Assembly: GCA_047495785.1 (NCBI GenBank)
Contig: JBLDXI010000029.1
Location: 3,410,001-3,474,000 of the forward strand
Source: Lepidodermella squamata
Taxonomy: Eukaryota; Animalia; Gastrotricha
Reading direction: 5' to 3'
DNA: 64,000 nucleotides
The position numbers and the translations under genes are program-made. Below the pieces are notes generated by a model that saw only the letters and a program-made list of their open reading frames with translations, made no database searches and had not been told where the DNA came from. Each line of letters begins with the position of its first letter. Positions within the stretch are counted from its first letter, which is position 1. Shown in pieces: positions 1 to 12,294 of the stretch.

Positions 1-1186
1 GAATTTTGCGGCTGGCTCTTCGATAGATGCAGCTATTTGGCTAGCCCACGTGGCCGGCCAGTCAGCAATCAGTCTGACGTAGTATCACTCCGGCTCGATT
101 TCTCCGTGAAACGGGTGGTAGAAATCGATGAAGAGAAGCAAATGTAAACTTCATCGATTCCCTAAATATACCCAACAATAACGAATTTATCTCTTAGAAT
201 GGTTCTACAGGCCGTTTTCAACATATACTGGTTAACAGGGGAATGTGCAAACTATTCGAATTATGCCTCCGAACTCGAAGCCTCTGAACTGTCGACCGAG
301 GCGAAAAAAGTTGATATGTGCCTCGTTCCAGTATCGAATACTTGGTACCCCCGAATAACTGTGACCAACGGCGTTGAAAACAAGATCAGAATCGAAGATT
401 ATGCTGACCACATTCTGTTATTGCGCGACGGTTTCGCGAGAATGACCTCAGTCGGAATTTTCAAAGTCCTATGCTCATTTAATTTTCAGGTATTTTATCC
501 CACATTGAAAGCATTGGTCTTCACTTTTGTTGTTACAGAAATTTCCGTTCGACTCCCAAATCTGCTACGTGGAAGTGAGCGAAATTTTAGGACGGGGCGA
601 TTTAGCCTCTATCGATATGTTCAGCCTTATCTTTCTCGAGCATTTCTATCCCGGAATCCGGTTTCTTGAAGATGCTGATATATGGAGGATTGTGGACAAT
701 GGCTCTTATCAGCTGGTAGCAACCGATAGCAGTTTAACGCGATTTTACTTCAAATTCAAGCGCCAGCATCGCTATTACTTGATGTCGATTTTCGTGCCTA
801 ATACCCTTCTAGTCCTACTTCAGTTGTTTTCAACGTTCATTCCACCTGAAAAATTGGAGAGACCAGCTTTTATGGCGTACATTTTATTCACCTACGTGAC
901 AGTTTTCCCGGTGATTGTCGACAACATCCCGAAAACGTCACAGCGCATACATTTGTTTGAGTACATTGCATCATGCATGTCGCTGTGTGTGATGAAAACG
1001 ATTTACACAGTGATAACCGCTGCGTATTACGAGAAGCCGCTTCTGAGGCAACATGTCACGTGGTGCAAAGGCTATGCGATAAAGCGAGTTCGAATTATCG
1101 ACTCGATTGCTGCTGCCGTTGAGGTGCTGGTTGTGGCTCTCATCAATTCGGCATTCTTTTCTACAACGCTGCTCGCTGAAGACTAG
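1..1186 (+). CDS. Cys-loop ligand-gated ion channel subunit, 5'-partial, multi-exon
   Basis: Introns 144-197 and 490-538 (GT..AG) join the ORFs in frame, giving Cys-loop C-SFNFQKFPFDSQI-C, a WYPRI loop and four hydrophobic segments; stop at 1186. Confidence 0.8.
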
Positions 1187-1679
1187 AGCATATATATTAT
1201 GTTTATAAAATTAACGTGGATTCATTAAACTCGCATTTAATTATGAGTATAATTGTACGGAAAATTCAAGCAGGGTCGAGAGCTTAAGGGTTCAGCTGAA
1301 TGATCAATGCTGAGAGTTTTTGATTCTTCGTTGAAAATTCCTTCGTCTCAATGCCAAGTATTGTGAATTTCAGAGAATGCATGCAGCAAAGAATCGAAGC
1401 ATTAGGAACAGAATTACGGTAACTTCTTGTTTGAACGATGCTCACTGACAGTTTCCGCTTGACTGTCTAATGGTGCTATCGATCAGCTCATTTTTAAATG
1501 TGGGCTATTACACCCCCTTCCTTTTCATCTAGAATCTGGATCACTTAACAGGCATCAGAATACCTTATCTTCATGATTGTCGTCTTACTCGACGTCACAT
1601 CACGTACACCTAAGCCTCATCTATCATAAATAATGCTATGAAAAATACGAGTAAACAAATTTTAGTTTATCGAGTGTGC

Positions 1680-2330
1680 TTTGTGGGGTTTCGAGAGGGC
1701 GGAATAAGAAATCATGCAAGCACTCAAGATGCCAACAAACAAAGCAAAACAAGCCATCAGAATCGTCATTGCGCTTCCGTTTTGAGAACTAATTAGTCCA
1801 ATAAGAATAGATCCAAAAATAAATGTCACCAAGCCATGAATGACGTAGCTACAATAAATATCTTAAGCTGGATTTTAAGTCCATTAACTTTTCTAGAACC
1901 CCGTAAACCTCGCAAACCTTTTATAAGCGATGAGCATTTCAAAGCTGAGGTTATATAGGCTCGAAGCAACTCAATAAAAGGATGAAGGATGCTATTAAAC
2001 TTTTGACGTAAAAATCTGCATCACATCACATTCCACTGTAACGTAGTTCAACTTGAGGCTCTCATCGAAAGGCGAGATTAATGTGTGCAAGATTTTACCC
2101 CGACTGCTCATCGGTGAGGATATAACAGCAGCTAGAAACATCAATAAAGAGGAGATCCCAGCATCTACTGGGTAAAAGTTGTTGCGTAATCTTCCCGTCC
2201 TGCTTTCAGCGGCCACAGTGATTGTATGTGAAACGGCATTCCAAGTTAGATTCAACCTGCTGTTGTACATCAGAAATGTCTTTGACTGTCTAGCATTGCA
2301 CAAGGCTTTAGCGATAGCTTTCCTCATCTT
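1680..2330 (-). pseudogene. 3' (7TM) fragment of a GABA-B-like class C GPCR
   Basis: ORF 1995-2369 contains ISPFDESLKLNYVTVECD as in the paralogs; the frame is broken and no N-terminal exons are visible. Confidence 0.75.
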
Positions 2331-2487
2331 GTTCTTGCGCAGTAAAAGACCGTAAGCGCTCCAGTGCAAACTCAGCTTCTCGACTTTTTTTGGTAAGGCA
2401 TCACTTCATGATGATCGGAAATTTTAAGCTGTGGGCGAATTTCATTTCTGCTATTTCTCCTCTCATATTATTGTCCCCTATGTTGAA

Positions 2488-3026
2488 ACATAGACCCTGG
2501 GCATTTCAACACTTGTATAAGAAAAACCCTTACTTATACCAGTGTGTTCAATTGATCTTATTTCCAATTTCCTGAGTCAACAATCTGTGCTCGATACCAA
2601 TGTAATAATTTTTGACATTTCTTTCCGACTCTAGCGATGAAATGAGATGAGATACGTCATGTGCTGATATGACTACGAGTATTTTGTGAGATGAAGTATG
2701 TTGCGTATTAATAGCGAAATAAATGCAGGCAGAATCAGATAAATCAGAAGTCATATTAGAGAACAAAGTGATCTGTGATCAAAAGACAGAAGTATTCGAG
2801 AACCACACTCGAAATTCGCCTAAAATCGCTCCAGTGCCTGAAAAACCTCTATGATGGAAAACCATAGATATTAAATCATAGACCCTGCCATTTCAAGCAC
2901 TTTTGTATAAAAGGAAAACACTACCAGTGCTTTCAATTATTCCTATATATCCAATTTCCTGAATCAACAATATGTGCTCGATACCGATGATATCATTGTA
3001 GACATTCAATCATTTCGACTCAAGCT
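2488..3026 (+). repeat. Diverged direct duplication of the ~140-bp region upstream of the channel gene
   Basis: catagaccctg...tttcctga(g/a)tcaacaat..gtgctcgatacc occurs at ~2488-2630 and again at ~2877-3026. Confidence 0.6.
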
Positions 3027-4163
3027 ATGAAAGTGTTGAATAAAGTATTCATGGTAGCTTTTCTAGCTACTGTTTCTAAATCTGCTTATTCGCTGGAGGA
3101 TCCAGTGGAGATACTCCTAAGAAAATGTCGAACGCATCCTTTCATCAACTCACTCGGCGAAGAATCAGGCAAATCGACCCCGGTAGATATAAGCTTCAAA
3201 CTCGATCGAATACTTGCGATCGATGACATCCAGGAGGCGACGCTGATGATTGGCTTGGTCAGAATGGAGTGGTTTCAACCTTGTCTCAAGGAAGTAGCTG
3301 CCGAAGTCTTCAATGAAACAAAAATTGAGGTGTTGCAATTGAACGGCGAAGACGTCTATAGATTATGGTCGCCGCCCATCAACCATCGCAACAGCATGGA
3401 AGACATTGCAATGAGTGATAAATTTGCTAAAATTCGCCGAGTTTTCTTCAAGGACGGGTTTAATACTATGCAGTTTTCAGGGACATTTTACTCATACTGC
3501 GATATGGACTTTCGCCGGTTTCCTTTCGATAAGCAAACGTGCAATGTTACAATTTACACGGTGGCATTCGGGAACGCCTTGTATGTACGCCTCAATTCAT
3601 CATCGTTAGATAGATTCCGCGGCAATATGGCTATTATGCCTGCCGGTTCGATTTGGCAGTTGGTGGGGAACTCAAGTCGCATAACAGGCGGGGATAAAGT
3701 CGATTTCTGCGTTCAATTGAAACGAGACTCCGACTACTTCATTATCAACATTTTCACGCCGAGTTTTCTTCCCTGCGCTCTACAGCTATCCTGTTTCTTG
3801 CTACCGGCAGAAGGTGAAGGAAGGTCAAACCTTGGCTGTACTATCATGCTGTCAATCTACGTACTGCAAAGCCAAGTTTTGGGAATTTTACCGAAAACGG
3901 CTCAGCCAATTCTAGCGGGTTATTTCTTTCTTGGCCAGACGATTTTCGCAACTGTATGCATAGTCTATTCTGAGGCGATATGTCTCTACATTAATGCCTA
4001 TCCGGCGCAGGCCAATCGTAAAATTGTCCTCAAGTGCAAGTTTCGAAAATTTGGCGAAACTACCTATTCAGCGTTGGTCGATGGCGTATGCATTGTTGTG
4101 TTCATATTGGCGCTTGGGCTGTTCTGGTGCGCCCTTGCAGTCGCTTTTTCATACACGAATTGA
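3027..4163 (+). CDS. Cys-loop ligand-gated ion channel subunit, intronless, 378 aa
   Basis: Signal peptide, LWSPPI loop, Cys-loop CDMDFRRFPFDKQTC, four TM helices, short M3-M4 loop. Confidence 0.88.
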   Translation: MKVLNKVFMVAFLATVSKSAYSLEDPVEILLRKCRTHPFINSLGEESGKSTPVDISFKLDRILAIDDIQEATLMIGLVRMEWFQPCLKEVAAEVFNETKIEVLQLNGEDVYRLWSPPINHRNSMEDIAMSDKFAKIRRVFFKDGFNTMQFSGTFYSYCDMDFRRFPFDKQTCNVTIYTVAFGNALYVRLNSSSLDRFRGNMAIMPAGSIWQLVGNSSRITGGDKVDFCVQLKRDSDYFIINIFTPSFLPCALQLSCFLLPAEGEGRSNLGCTIMLSIYVLQSQVLGILPKTAQPILAGYFFLGQTIFATVCIVYSEAICLYINAYPAQANRKIVLKCKFRKFGETTYSALVDGVCIVVFILALGLFWCALAVAFSYTN

Positions 4164-4553
4164 AGAATCTTTATTGAAATATATTTTTCACTTACTTACA
4201 TAAGGATAACTTCACCTGTGATGATTCTATTGATCGTTATTTCCTGAGTCTGTATTCTGCAATATTTGCGATCATTCGCAATTTTAATTTTCATTACTGT
4301 TTGGAGAACTTTGTTTAAATAATAAATCATTTGTTCTGAACAATTTTTTACTTCGAACTCGTCAGCAACAAACCTAACATTAGGATCCCGTTGAGATCAA
4401 TAAAGATCATAGATCTGAATGCTGGAACACGATGCAAGCCGCCGTTTCTGTTCGCAATACAGCAAATCGGACCTGTTCACTGTTCGACAGGCAATGAAAA
4501 TGGAAAATGACTACGCTTTGGTATTTGGTATTTAATCACAGTTATAGAATGGT

Positions 4554-5320
4554 TCAATGCCCCTGCGGCCCAGTGAGGCCATGGGACACGCGTGTATCGG
4601 ATAAGGGTTGAACATGCTTTGAAAATGCGAAGTAAGCTATCATGCTAGTACTTGAAATGCCAACAACCAAAGCGAAACAAGCCATCAAAAGCGTCATAGA
4701 GCTTCCATTCTGGAAAATGATGAGTCCAATGAGAATACATCCAAACATGAATGTAATCAAGCCATGAGTGGCGAAGCTACAGATCTTAAGCTGAATTTTG
4801 AGAGTTGTGACCTTGGCTGAAACTAGTATGCCTCTCATCATCGATGAGCAAGTGAGAGCTGTGAAAGTTAGTTCGAAGCAGCTCAAAAGAAGGATGAAGG
4901 CTGCAATGAGAATAAAAGAAATCGAAAGGTTTGTTCCAAAAATCTCGATAACATCACATTCCATGGTTAAATACTGAAGTTTAAGGCTCTCATCGAACGG
5001 CGAGAAAACTGTCTGTATGATTTTAGCCCGACTCTTCATCGGCGAGGAAATAATTGCGGAAAGAAACAACAAACAAGATATTCCAATCAATACAGGGAAA
5101 ACGTGGTTGCGTAATTTTCCCCTTTTGCTTACAGCAGCCATAGAGGTTGTACGTGAAACAGCGAGCCCGGTTACATTGAATCTACTCGGATACATCTGGG
5201 CCTTGCTTGACTTGGAGGTGTAGATAAACAATTCATTAGCGATAGCATTCCTCAGCTTCTTCATTCGAAATAAGAGCCCAGCCAAAATCAAACTCACTCC
5301 GGTCCAGGACATGACTGACA
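4554..5320 (-). pseudogene. 3' part (TM3-TM7) of the class C GPCR gene split by the Polinton
   Basis: SVMSWTGVSLILAG continues YCSAMS from the 29577 side across the TSD; paralogs read YCSIMSVLFWVGLS. Confidence 0.9.
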
Positions 5321-5844
5321 AGTAGTAGGAATTCTCCGCTTCTGGCCTGTCCAGAAGCTTAGAACCCCTACTACTGTTAAGCTGAATATAGATGACCTGA
5401 TAATTCGAATTAAGTTAAATTGAAATTCAAGTGACACGGAGTAAAGGAGCGGGGTTAAAGGAGCGTTTAAACCACAGACCACAGTTTTATTTATTTTGCA
5501 GAAAATAGAATTTATTCCTCACACGTAGACCTGCCCAACAATCGCGCCACAGTTTTGGCATACATAAAATTCATTCCATCGTTTATAACATCCGGATCAT
5601 CACAACCGCAATCATGCATATTGCAAGCTGTTTTCGAAATAGTTATCCAGGAAAACGCTGAGGTATTTTAATACTTACCTGAAGAGTCGAGAACCTTTTT
5701 AGGACAGTGAGGACAGTCCAGGCGGTTAAGTATTTCAGCAGAGAATTCGATATAGGCGCAGCAGGGAGACCGATAAAATGAATTCGCGTCAATAAAAGCT
5801 ATTGTTTCTCGCTGATTCATTATTTAACGCTTGCTGCAATGCGT
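5321..5844 (+). repeat. Left TIR (524 bp)
   Basis: Reverse complement of 29055-29576; the only difference seen is tca versus g near 5571. Confidence 0.95.
5519..5820 (-). pseudogene. Left-TIR copy of the zinc-ribbon gene, frameshifted
   Basis: Mirror of 29079-29378; the net +2 bp difference shifts the frame before CQNCG. Confidence 0.55.
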
Positions 5845-8800
5845 TTCTCTTGAAGCGACAGGAATTTCAAATTTTCTCTTCAAGCGACAGAATTTTCAAA
5901 TTTTCTCTGCAAGCGACAGAATTTTCAAATTTTCTCTGCAAGCGACAGGAATTTAAATTTTTCTCTTGAAGCGACAGAATTTTCAAATTTTCTCTGCAAG
6001 CGACAGGAATTTCAAACTTTTTTTCAAGCGACAGGATTTTCATAATTTCTCTTGAAGCGACAGGAATTTCAAATTTTCTCTTGAAGCGACAGGAATTTCA
6101 AATTTTCTCTTCAAGCGACAGGAATTTAAATTTTTCTCTTGAAGCGACAGAATTTTCAAATTTTCTCTGCAAGCGACAGGAATTTCAAATTTTCTCTTCA
6201 AGCGACAGGAATTTCAAAATCTCTCTCCAAGCGACAGAATTTTCATTATTTCTCTTCAAGCGACATAATATTCATAATTTCTCTTCAAGCGACAGAATTT
6301 TCATAATTTCTCTGCAAGCGACAGGAATTTCAAAATTTCTCTTGAAGCGACAGAATTTTCATAATTTCTCTTGAAGCGACAGGAATTTCAAATTTTCTCT
6401 TCAAGCGACAGAAGTTTCAAATTTTCTCTTCAAGCGACAGGAATTTCAAAATCTCTCTCCAAGCGACAGAATTTTCATTATTTCTCTTCAAGCGACAGAA
6501 GTTTCAAATTTTCTCTTCAAGCGACAGGAATTTCAAAATCTCTCTCCAAGCGACAGAATTTTCATTATTTCTCTTCAAGCGACAGAAGTTTCAAAATTTC
6601 TCTTCAAGCGACAGAATTTTCATAATTTCTCTGCAAGCGACAGAAATTTCAAAATTTCTCTTGAAGCGACAGAATTTTCATAATTTCTCTTGAAGCGACA
6701 GGAATTTCAAATTTTCTCTTCAAGCGACAGAAGTTTCAAATTTTCTCTTCAAGCGACAGGAATTTCAAAATCTCTCTCCAAGCGACAGAATTTTCATTAT
6801 TTCTCTTCAAGCGACAGAATTTTCATAATTTCTCTGCAAGCGACAGAAATTTCAAAATTTCTCTTGAAGCGACAGAATTTTCATAATTTCTCTTGAAGCG
6901 ACAGGAATTTCAAATTTTCTCTTCAAGCGACAGAAGTTTCAAAATTTCTCTGCAAGCGACAGGAATTTAAATTTTTCTCTTGAAGCGACAGAATTTTCAA
7001 ATTTTCTCTGCAAGCGACAGGAATTTCAAACTTTTTTTCAAGCGACAGAATTTTCATAATTTCTCTTGAAGCGACAGGAATTTCAAATTTTCTCTTCAAG
7101 CGACAGGAATTTCAAAATCTCTCTCCAAGCGACAGAATTTTCATTATTTCTCTTCAAGCGACAGGAATTTCAAAATCTCTCTCCAAGCGACAGAATTTTC
7201 ATTATTTCTCTTCAAGCGACATAATATTCAGAATTTCTCTTCAAGCGACAGAATTTTCATAATCTCTCTTGAAGCGACAGGAATTTCAAAATTTCTCTGC
7301 AAGCGACAGGAATTTTCAAATTTTCTCTTGAAGCGACAGGAATTTCAAATTTTCTCTTCAAGCGACAGAAGTTTCAAAATTTCTCTGCAAGCGACAGGAA
7401 TTTAAATTTTTCTCTTGAAGCGACAGAATTTTCAAATTTTCTCTGCAAGCGACAGGAATTTCAAACTTTTTTTCAAGCGACAGAATTTTCATAATTTCTC
7501 TTCAAGCGACAGAAGTTTCAAATTTTCTCTTCAAGCGACAGGAATTTCAAAATCTCTCTCCAAGCGACAGAATTTTCATTATTTCTCTTCAAGCGACAGA
7601 AGTTTCAAAATTTCTCTGCAAGCGACAGAAATTTCAAAATTTCTCTTGAAGCGACAGAAATTTCATAATTTCTCTTGAAGCGACAGGAATTTCAAATTTT
7701 CTCTTCAAGCGACAGAAGTTTCAAAATTTCTCTGCAAGCGACAGGAATTTAAATTTTTCTCTTGAAGCGACAGAATTTTCAAATTTTCTCTGCAAGCGAC
7801 AGGAATTTCAAACTTTTTTTCAAGCGACAGAATTTTCATAATTTCTCTTGAAGCGACAGGAATTTCAAATTTTCTCTTCAAGCGACAGGAATTTCAAAAT
7901 CTCTCTCCAAGCGACAGAATTTTCATTATTTCTCTTCAAGCGACAGGAATTTCAAAATCTCTCTCCAAGCGACAGAATTTTCATAATCTCTCTTGAAGCG
8001 ACAGGAATTTCAAAATTTCTCTGCAAGCGACAGGAATTTTCAAATTTTCTCTGCAAGCGACAGGAATTTCAAATTTTCTCTTCAAGCGACAGGAATTTCA
8101 AAATCTCTCTCCAAGCGACAGAATTTTCATTATTTCTCTTCAAGCGACATAATATTCATAATTTCTCTTCAAGCGACAGAATTTTCATAATTTCTCTGCA
8201 AGCGACAGGAATTTCAAAATTTCTCTTGAAGCGACAGAATTTTCATAATTTCTCTTGAAGCGACAGGAATTACAAATTTTCTCTTCAAGCGACAGAAGTT
8301 TCAAATTTTCTCTTCAAGCGACAGGAATTTCAAAATCTCTCTCCAAGCGACAGAATTTTCATTATTTCTCTTCAAGCGACAGAAGTTTCAAATTTTCTCT
8401 TCAAGCGACAGGAATTTCAAAATCTCTCTCCAAGCGACAGAATTTTCATTATTTCTCTTCAAGCGACAGAAGTTTCAAAATTTCTCTTCAAGCGACAGAA
8501 TTTTCATAATTTCTCTGCAAGCGACAGAAATTTCAAAATTTCTCTTGAAGCGACAGAATTTTCATAATTTCTCTTGAAGCGACAGGAATTTCAAATTTTC
8601 TCTTCAAGCGACAGAAGTTTCAAATTTTCTCTCCAAGCGACAGAATTTTCATTATTTCTCTTCAAGCGACAGAAATTTCAAAATTTCTCTTGAAGCGACA
8701 GAATTTTCATAATTTCTCTTGAAGCGACAGGAATTTCAAATTTTCTCTTGAAGCGACAGAATTTTCATAATTTCTCTTGAAGCGACAGGAATTTCAAATT

Positions 8801-10420
8801 TTCTCTTCAAGCGACAGGAATTTCAAAATCTCTCTCCAAGCGACAGAATTTTCATTATTTCTCTTCAAGCGACAGAAGTTTCAAATTTTCTCTTCAAGCG
8901 ACAGGAATTTCAAAATCTCTCTCCAAGCGACAGAATTTTCATTATTTCTCTTCAAGCGACAGAAGTTTCAAAATTTCTCTTCAAGCGACAGAATTTTCAT
9001 AATTTCTCTGCAAGCGACAGAAATTTCAAAATTTCTCTTGAAGCGACAGAATTTTCATAATTTCTCTTGAAGCGACAGGAATTTCAAATTTTCTCTTCAA
9101 GCGACAGAAGTTTCAAATTTTCTCTTCAAGCGACAGGAATTTCAAAATCTCTCTCCAAGCGACAGAATTTTCATTATTTCTCTTCAAGCGACAGAAATTT
9201 CAAAATTTCTCTTGAAGCGACAGAATTTTCATAATTTCTCTTGAAGCGACAGGAATTTCAAATTTTCTCTTGAAGCGACAGAATTTTCATAATTTCTCTT
9301 GAAGCGACAGGAATTTCAAATTTTCTCTTCAAGCGACAGGAATTTCAAAATCTCTCTCCAAGCGACAGAATTTTCATTATTTCTCTTCAAGCGACATAAT
9401 ATTCATAATTTCTCTTCAAGCGACAGAATTTTCATAATTTCTCTGCAAGCGACAGGAATTTCAAAATTTCTCTTGAAGCGACAGAATTTTCATAATATCT
9501 CTTGAAGCGACAGGAATTTCAAATTTTCTCTTCAAGCGACAGAAGTTTCAAATTTTCTCTTCAAGCGACAGGAATTTCAAAATCTCTCTCCAAGCGACAG
9601 AATTTTCATTATTTCTCTTCAAGCGACAGAAGTTTCAAAATTTCTCTTCAAGCGACATAATTTTCAAATTTTCTCTGCAAGCGACAGGAATTTAAATTTT
9701 TCTCTTGAAGCGACAGAATTTTCAAATTTTCTCTGCAAGCGACAGGAATTTCAAACTTTTTTTCAAGCGACAGGATTTTCATAATTTCTCTTGAAGCGAC
9801 AGGAATTTCAAATTTTCTCTTCAAGCGACAGAAGTTTCAAATTTTCTCTTCAAGCGACAGAATTTTCATAATTTCTCTGCAAGCGACAGAAATTTCAAAA
9901 TTTCTCTTGAAGCGACAGAATTTTCATAATTTCTCTTGAAGCGACAGGAATTTCAAATTTTCTCTGCAAGCGACAGGAATTTCAAACTTTTTTTCAAGCG
10001 ACAGAATTTTCATAATTTCTCTTGAAGCGACAGGAATTTCAAATTTTCTCTTCAAGCGACAGGAATTTCAAAATCTCTCTCCAAGCGACAGAATTTTCAT
10101 TATTTCTCTTCAAGCGACAGGAATTTCAAAATCTCTCTCCAAGCGACAGAATTTTCATTATTTCTCTTCAAGCGACATAATATTCAGAATTTCTCTTCAA
10201 GCGACAGAATTTTCATAATCTCTCTTGAAGCGACAGGAATTTCAAAATTTCTCTGCAAGCGACAGGAATTTCAAATTTTCTCTTCAAGCGACAGGAATTT
10301 CAAAATTTCTCTGCAAGCGACAGGAATTTCAAATTGTCTCTTGAAGCGACAGGAATTTAAATTGTTCTCTTCAAGCGACAGAAGTTTCAAAATTTCTCTG
10401 CAAGCGACTCAATTTCAAAA
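5845..10420 (+). repeat. Tandem array of 29-bp units (~157 copies) with higher-order blocks
   Basis: Core AAGCGACA recurs at 5853, 5882, 5911, 5940 and onward; consensus AAGCGACAGGAATTTCAAATTTTCTCTTC with a few variant modules. Confidence 0.97.
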
Positions 10421-10653
10421 TAAGTCCCTTTCTTGCTACAGCAATTTCTCTATTATTCTCGAAGTTTCGCAATTCAAGTCGTAGAAGCAATTCGGTTGAA
10501 TGGTTATAGAATTAAGGAGCTGTTTTTTTATTTCGTGAAAATATTGCTGTATGAAAATCTCTCAATGGAGTATTTTTTGTCAATGCAGCAAAAAATGAAG
10601 AATAGCACGTGCGTCGCCCTATAAATCCCATCGATCTCAACAAAATTTCAGCC

Positions 10654-11458
10654 ATGAGTAATAGTCAGAGCTATAATAATATTTTAGTATTCCCTAGGTT
10701 AAAATCAGTAGAATTCGATTTCATCAATGCTTCTATCGATAGTTTCAACAAAGAATGTGTTTTCAAGTGGGAGCAATCAATGATTGGCGCTGTGGACATA
10801 ATTAAAAAAATGTAAATATTCTATCGTCGTTCGATAATGTATTTCTCTTATGGGAAGTTTTTTTTAGATTGGAAAGATGCGAGTCTCAAACACAGATGCT
10901 GGAAATTACTAGTGACGATATTTCTAAACTGAAAGAATTCCTGAATTCTGCGAGTCAACTACCAGTCTTGAGAATACCGCCCGCTCAAATGGAGCCCGCC
11001 CGTGATATGTCGAAGAAAAGGAAACTGGATGACGACATCAATCCTGCCAATGTAATTAAAGTAAGGCAAACGTTATTTCAAGTCTCATCACCCCTAAAAT
11101 AATTTTCAATAGGATTCTACCGGAATCCATCATCCTATCGGTACAAACGATGAGCTTCTGGCTTTCCTAGTAAAAATGACCACCGACTTCGAAATCAATT
11201 ATCCGGAAGGGCATAGCTCTAATTCGAAAAGCATTAAGGATAAAACCTCTACTTTTGATTCCCTTATGCACCGCGCTCATATTTACTGTGAAGCTTTTAA
11301 AAACTGTGGCTCTCAAAAACTTCAAAAAGCTTTTCGCCTCGGGGAATGCCTGCACTGCCTGAGACCTGTATACAAGCAAAAATTTAATTCGGGAAAAGGT
11401 TATGTCAAGTATTTACAAGAAAGTCTAAAAGTTAGTGACAAATGGCTCTACAAAATCA

Positions 11459-11490
<32 letters not shown>

Positions 11491-11910
11491 ATTTAAGAAA
11501 GTTTTCGGGTGCGCACTGTTGGTTATAGCACAAGCCCTAGGACATGTATCGAAGATTTAAAAAAATTGATGTCAATGACAGCAGGGAAGCATTCTTTCGG
11601 AATTGTATTCCATTTTCTGATGATACCAAGCATTCTTTCTCTGTATGATTCATTTAAAGCATTTCCCAACATGATGTACATAAACATAAGCATAACTGCT
11701 ATGATTGATCTTCGCGAGCGTCTTTCCAAGTTACTTCACTGGAATGAGCAGTTCAAGCGATTCTATCGAGATCTCTCTGAGAAAGTCGAGACCTATGTCG
11801 GCGAGAACTTCGATAACGAATCTAACGATCAAACCGACGAAAGCGAGTCTAATTCGTCCGCTGAACCTGGAACGAGCAGCAATTCCATGGAATATGAAGG
11901 GACGCGCTAA
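10654..11910 (+). pseudogene. Spliced Polinton accessory gene (3 exons) interrupted by a LINE fragment
   Basis: TATAAA at ~10620; ATG 10654; introns 10812-10867 and 11061-11112 join the ORFs in frame; removing 11466-11642 restores IMALYDSFK; AATAAA at ~11978. Confidence 0.7.
11466..11638 (-). mobile_element. 5'-truncated poly(A)-tailed LINE fragment
   Basis: 26-T run; 4-bp TSD CTCT (11462-11465 and 11639-11642); minus-strand peptide IIRKWNTIPKECFPAVIDINFFKSSI resembles the C-terminal WNxLP...FK motif of LINE ORF2. Confidence 0.75.
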
Positions 11911-12057
11911 AGTTGAATACAAACGATGTTGTTGTATGTGTTATTGTTGGAATTGTTTTAAATGATGAAAGGAAGTCAATAAAATCTTATTTCATTTTTA
12001 TCATCGTTATCAATTCATTTGTAAACTGTTGGCTGAAGCAACTGTTCTGTTGAAAAG

Positions 12058-12267
12058 TTAATCTGGATGAAGGAGTTCTCCAACTTCACGAGAGTTCAGA
12101 TCAAAGAAGTCGTTCAGAATAGCTAGCGTGATTTCATTTTCTTCGGTGAAATCGAACACCCAGCCGTAGCAATTATCCATGTACATATCCAATTTCGATA
12201 AATAGAACTGAAGGCTTTTGAGTTCCTGAGGGCTTTTGGGGTACTTGATCATTTGCTCCATTTTCAC
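12058..12267 (-). CDS. Small Polinton hypothetical protein
   Basis: 69-aa ORF directly downstream of and co-oriented with pPolB. Confidence 0.45.
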   Translation of the reverse strand: MKMEQMIKYPKSPQELKSLQFYLSKLDMYMDNCYGWVFDFTEENEITLAILNDFFDLNSREVGELLHPD

Positions 12268-12294
12268 CTTATCTTATAAGCCTCACTGCTTTAA

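Noticed and set aside
5294-5482. 62/63-aa ORFs at both TIR ends (also 29415-29606)
   Set aside because: GTG start, run out of the element into host sequence, no motifs
5845-10420. CRISPR-like array, or coding ORFs (MKRQEFQ...)
   Set aside because: No unique spacers: inter-core sequences are recurring variants of one unit. The 29-bp period is not a multiple of 3, and the ORFs are TTG-started repeat artefacts.
11465-11490. Poly-Phe tract or sequencing artefact
   Set aside because: Better explained as the poly(A) tail of an antisense LINE insertion with a TSD
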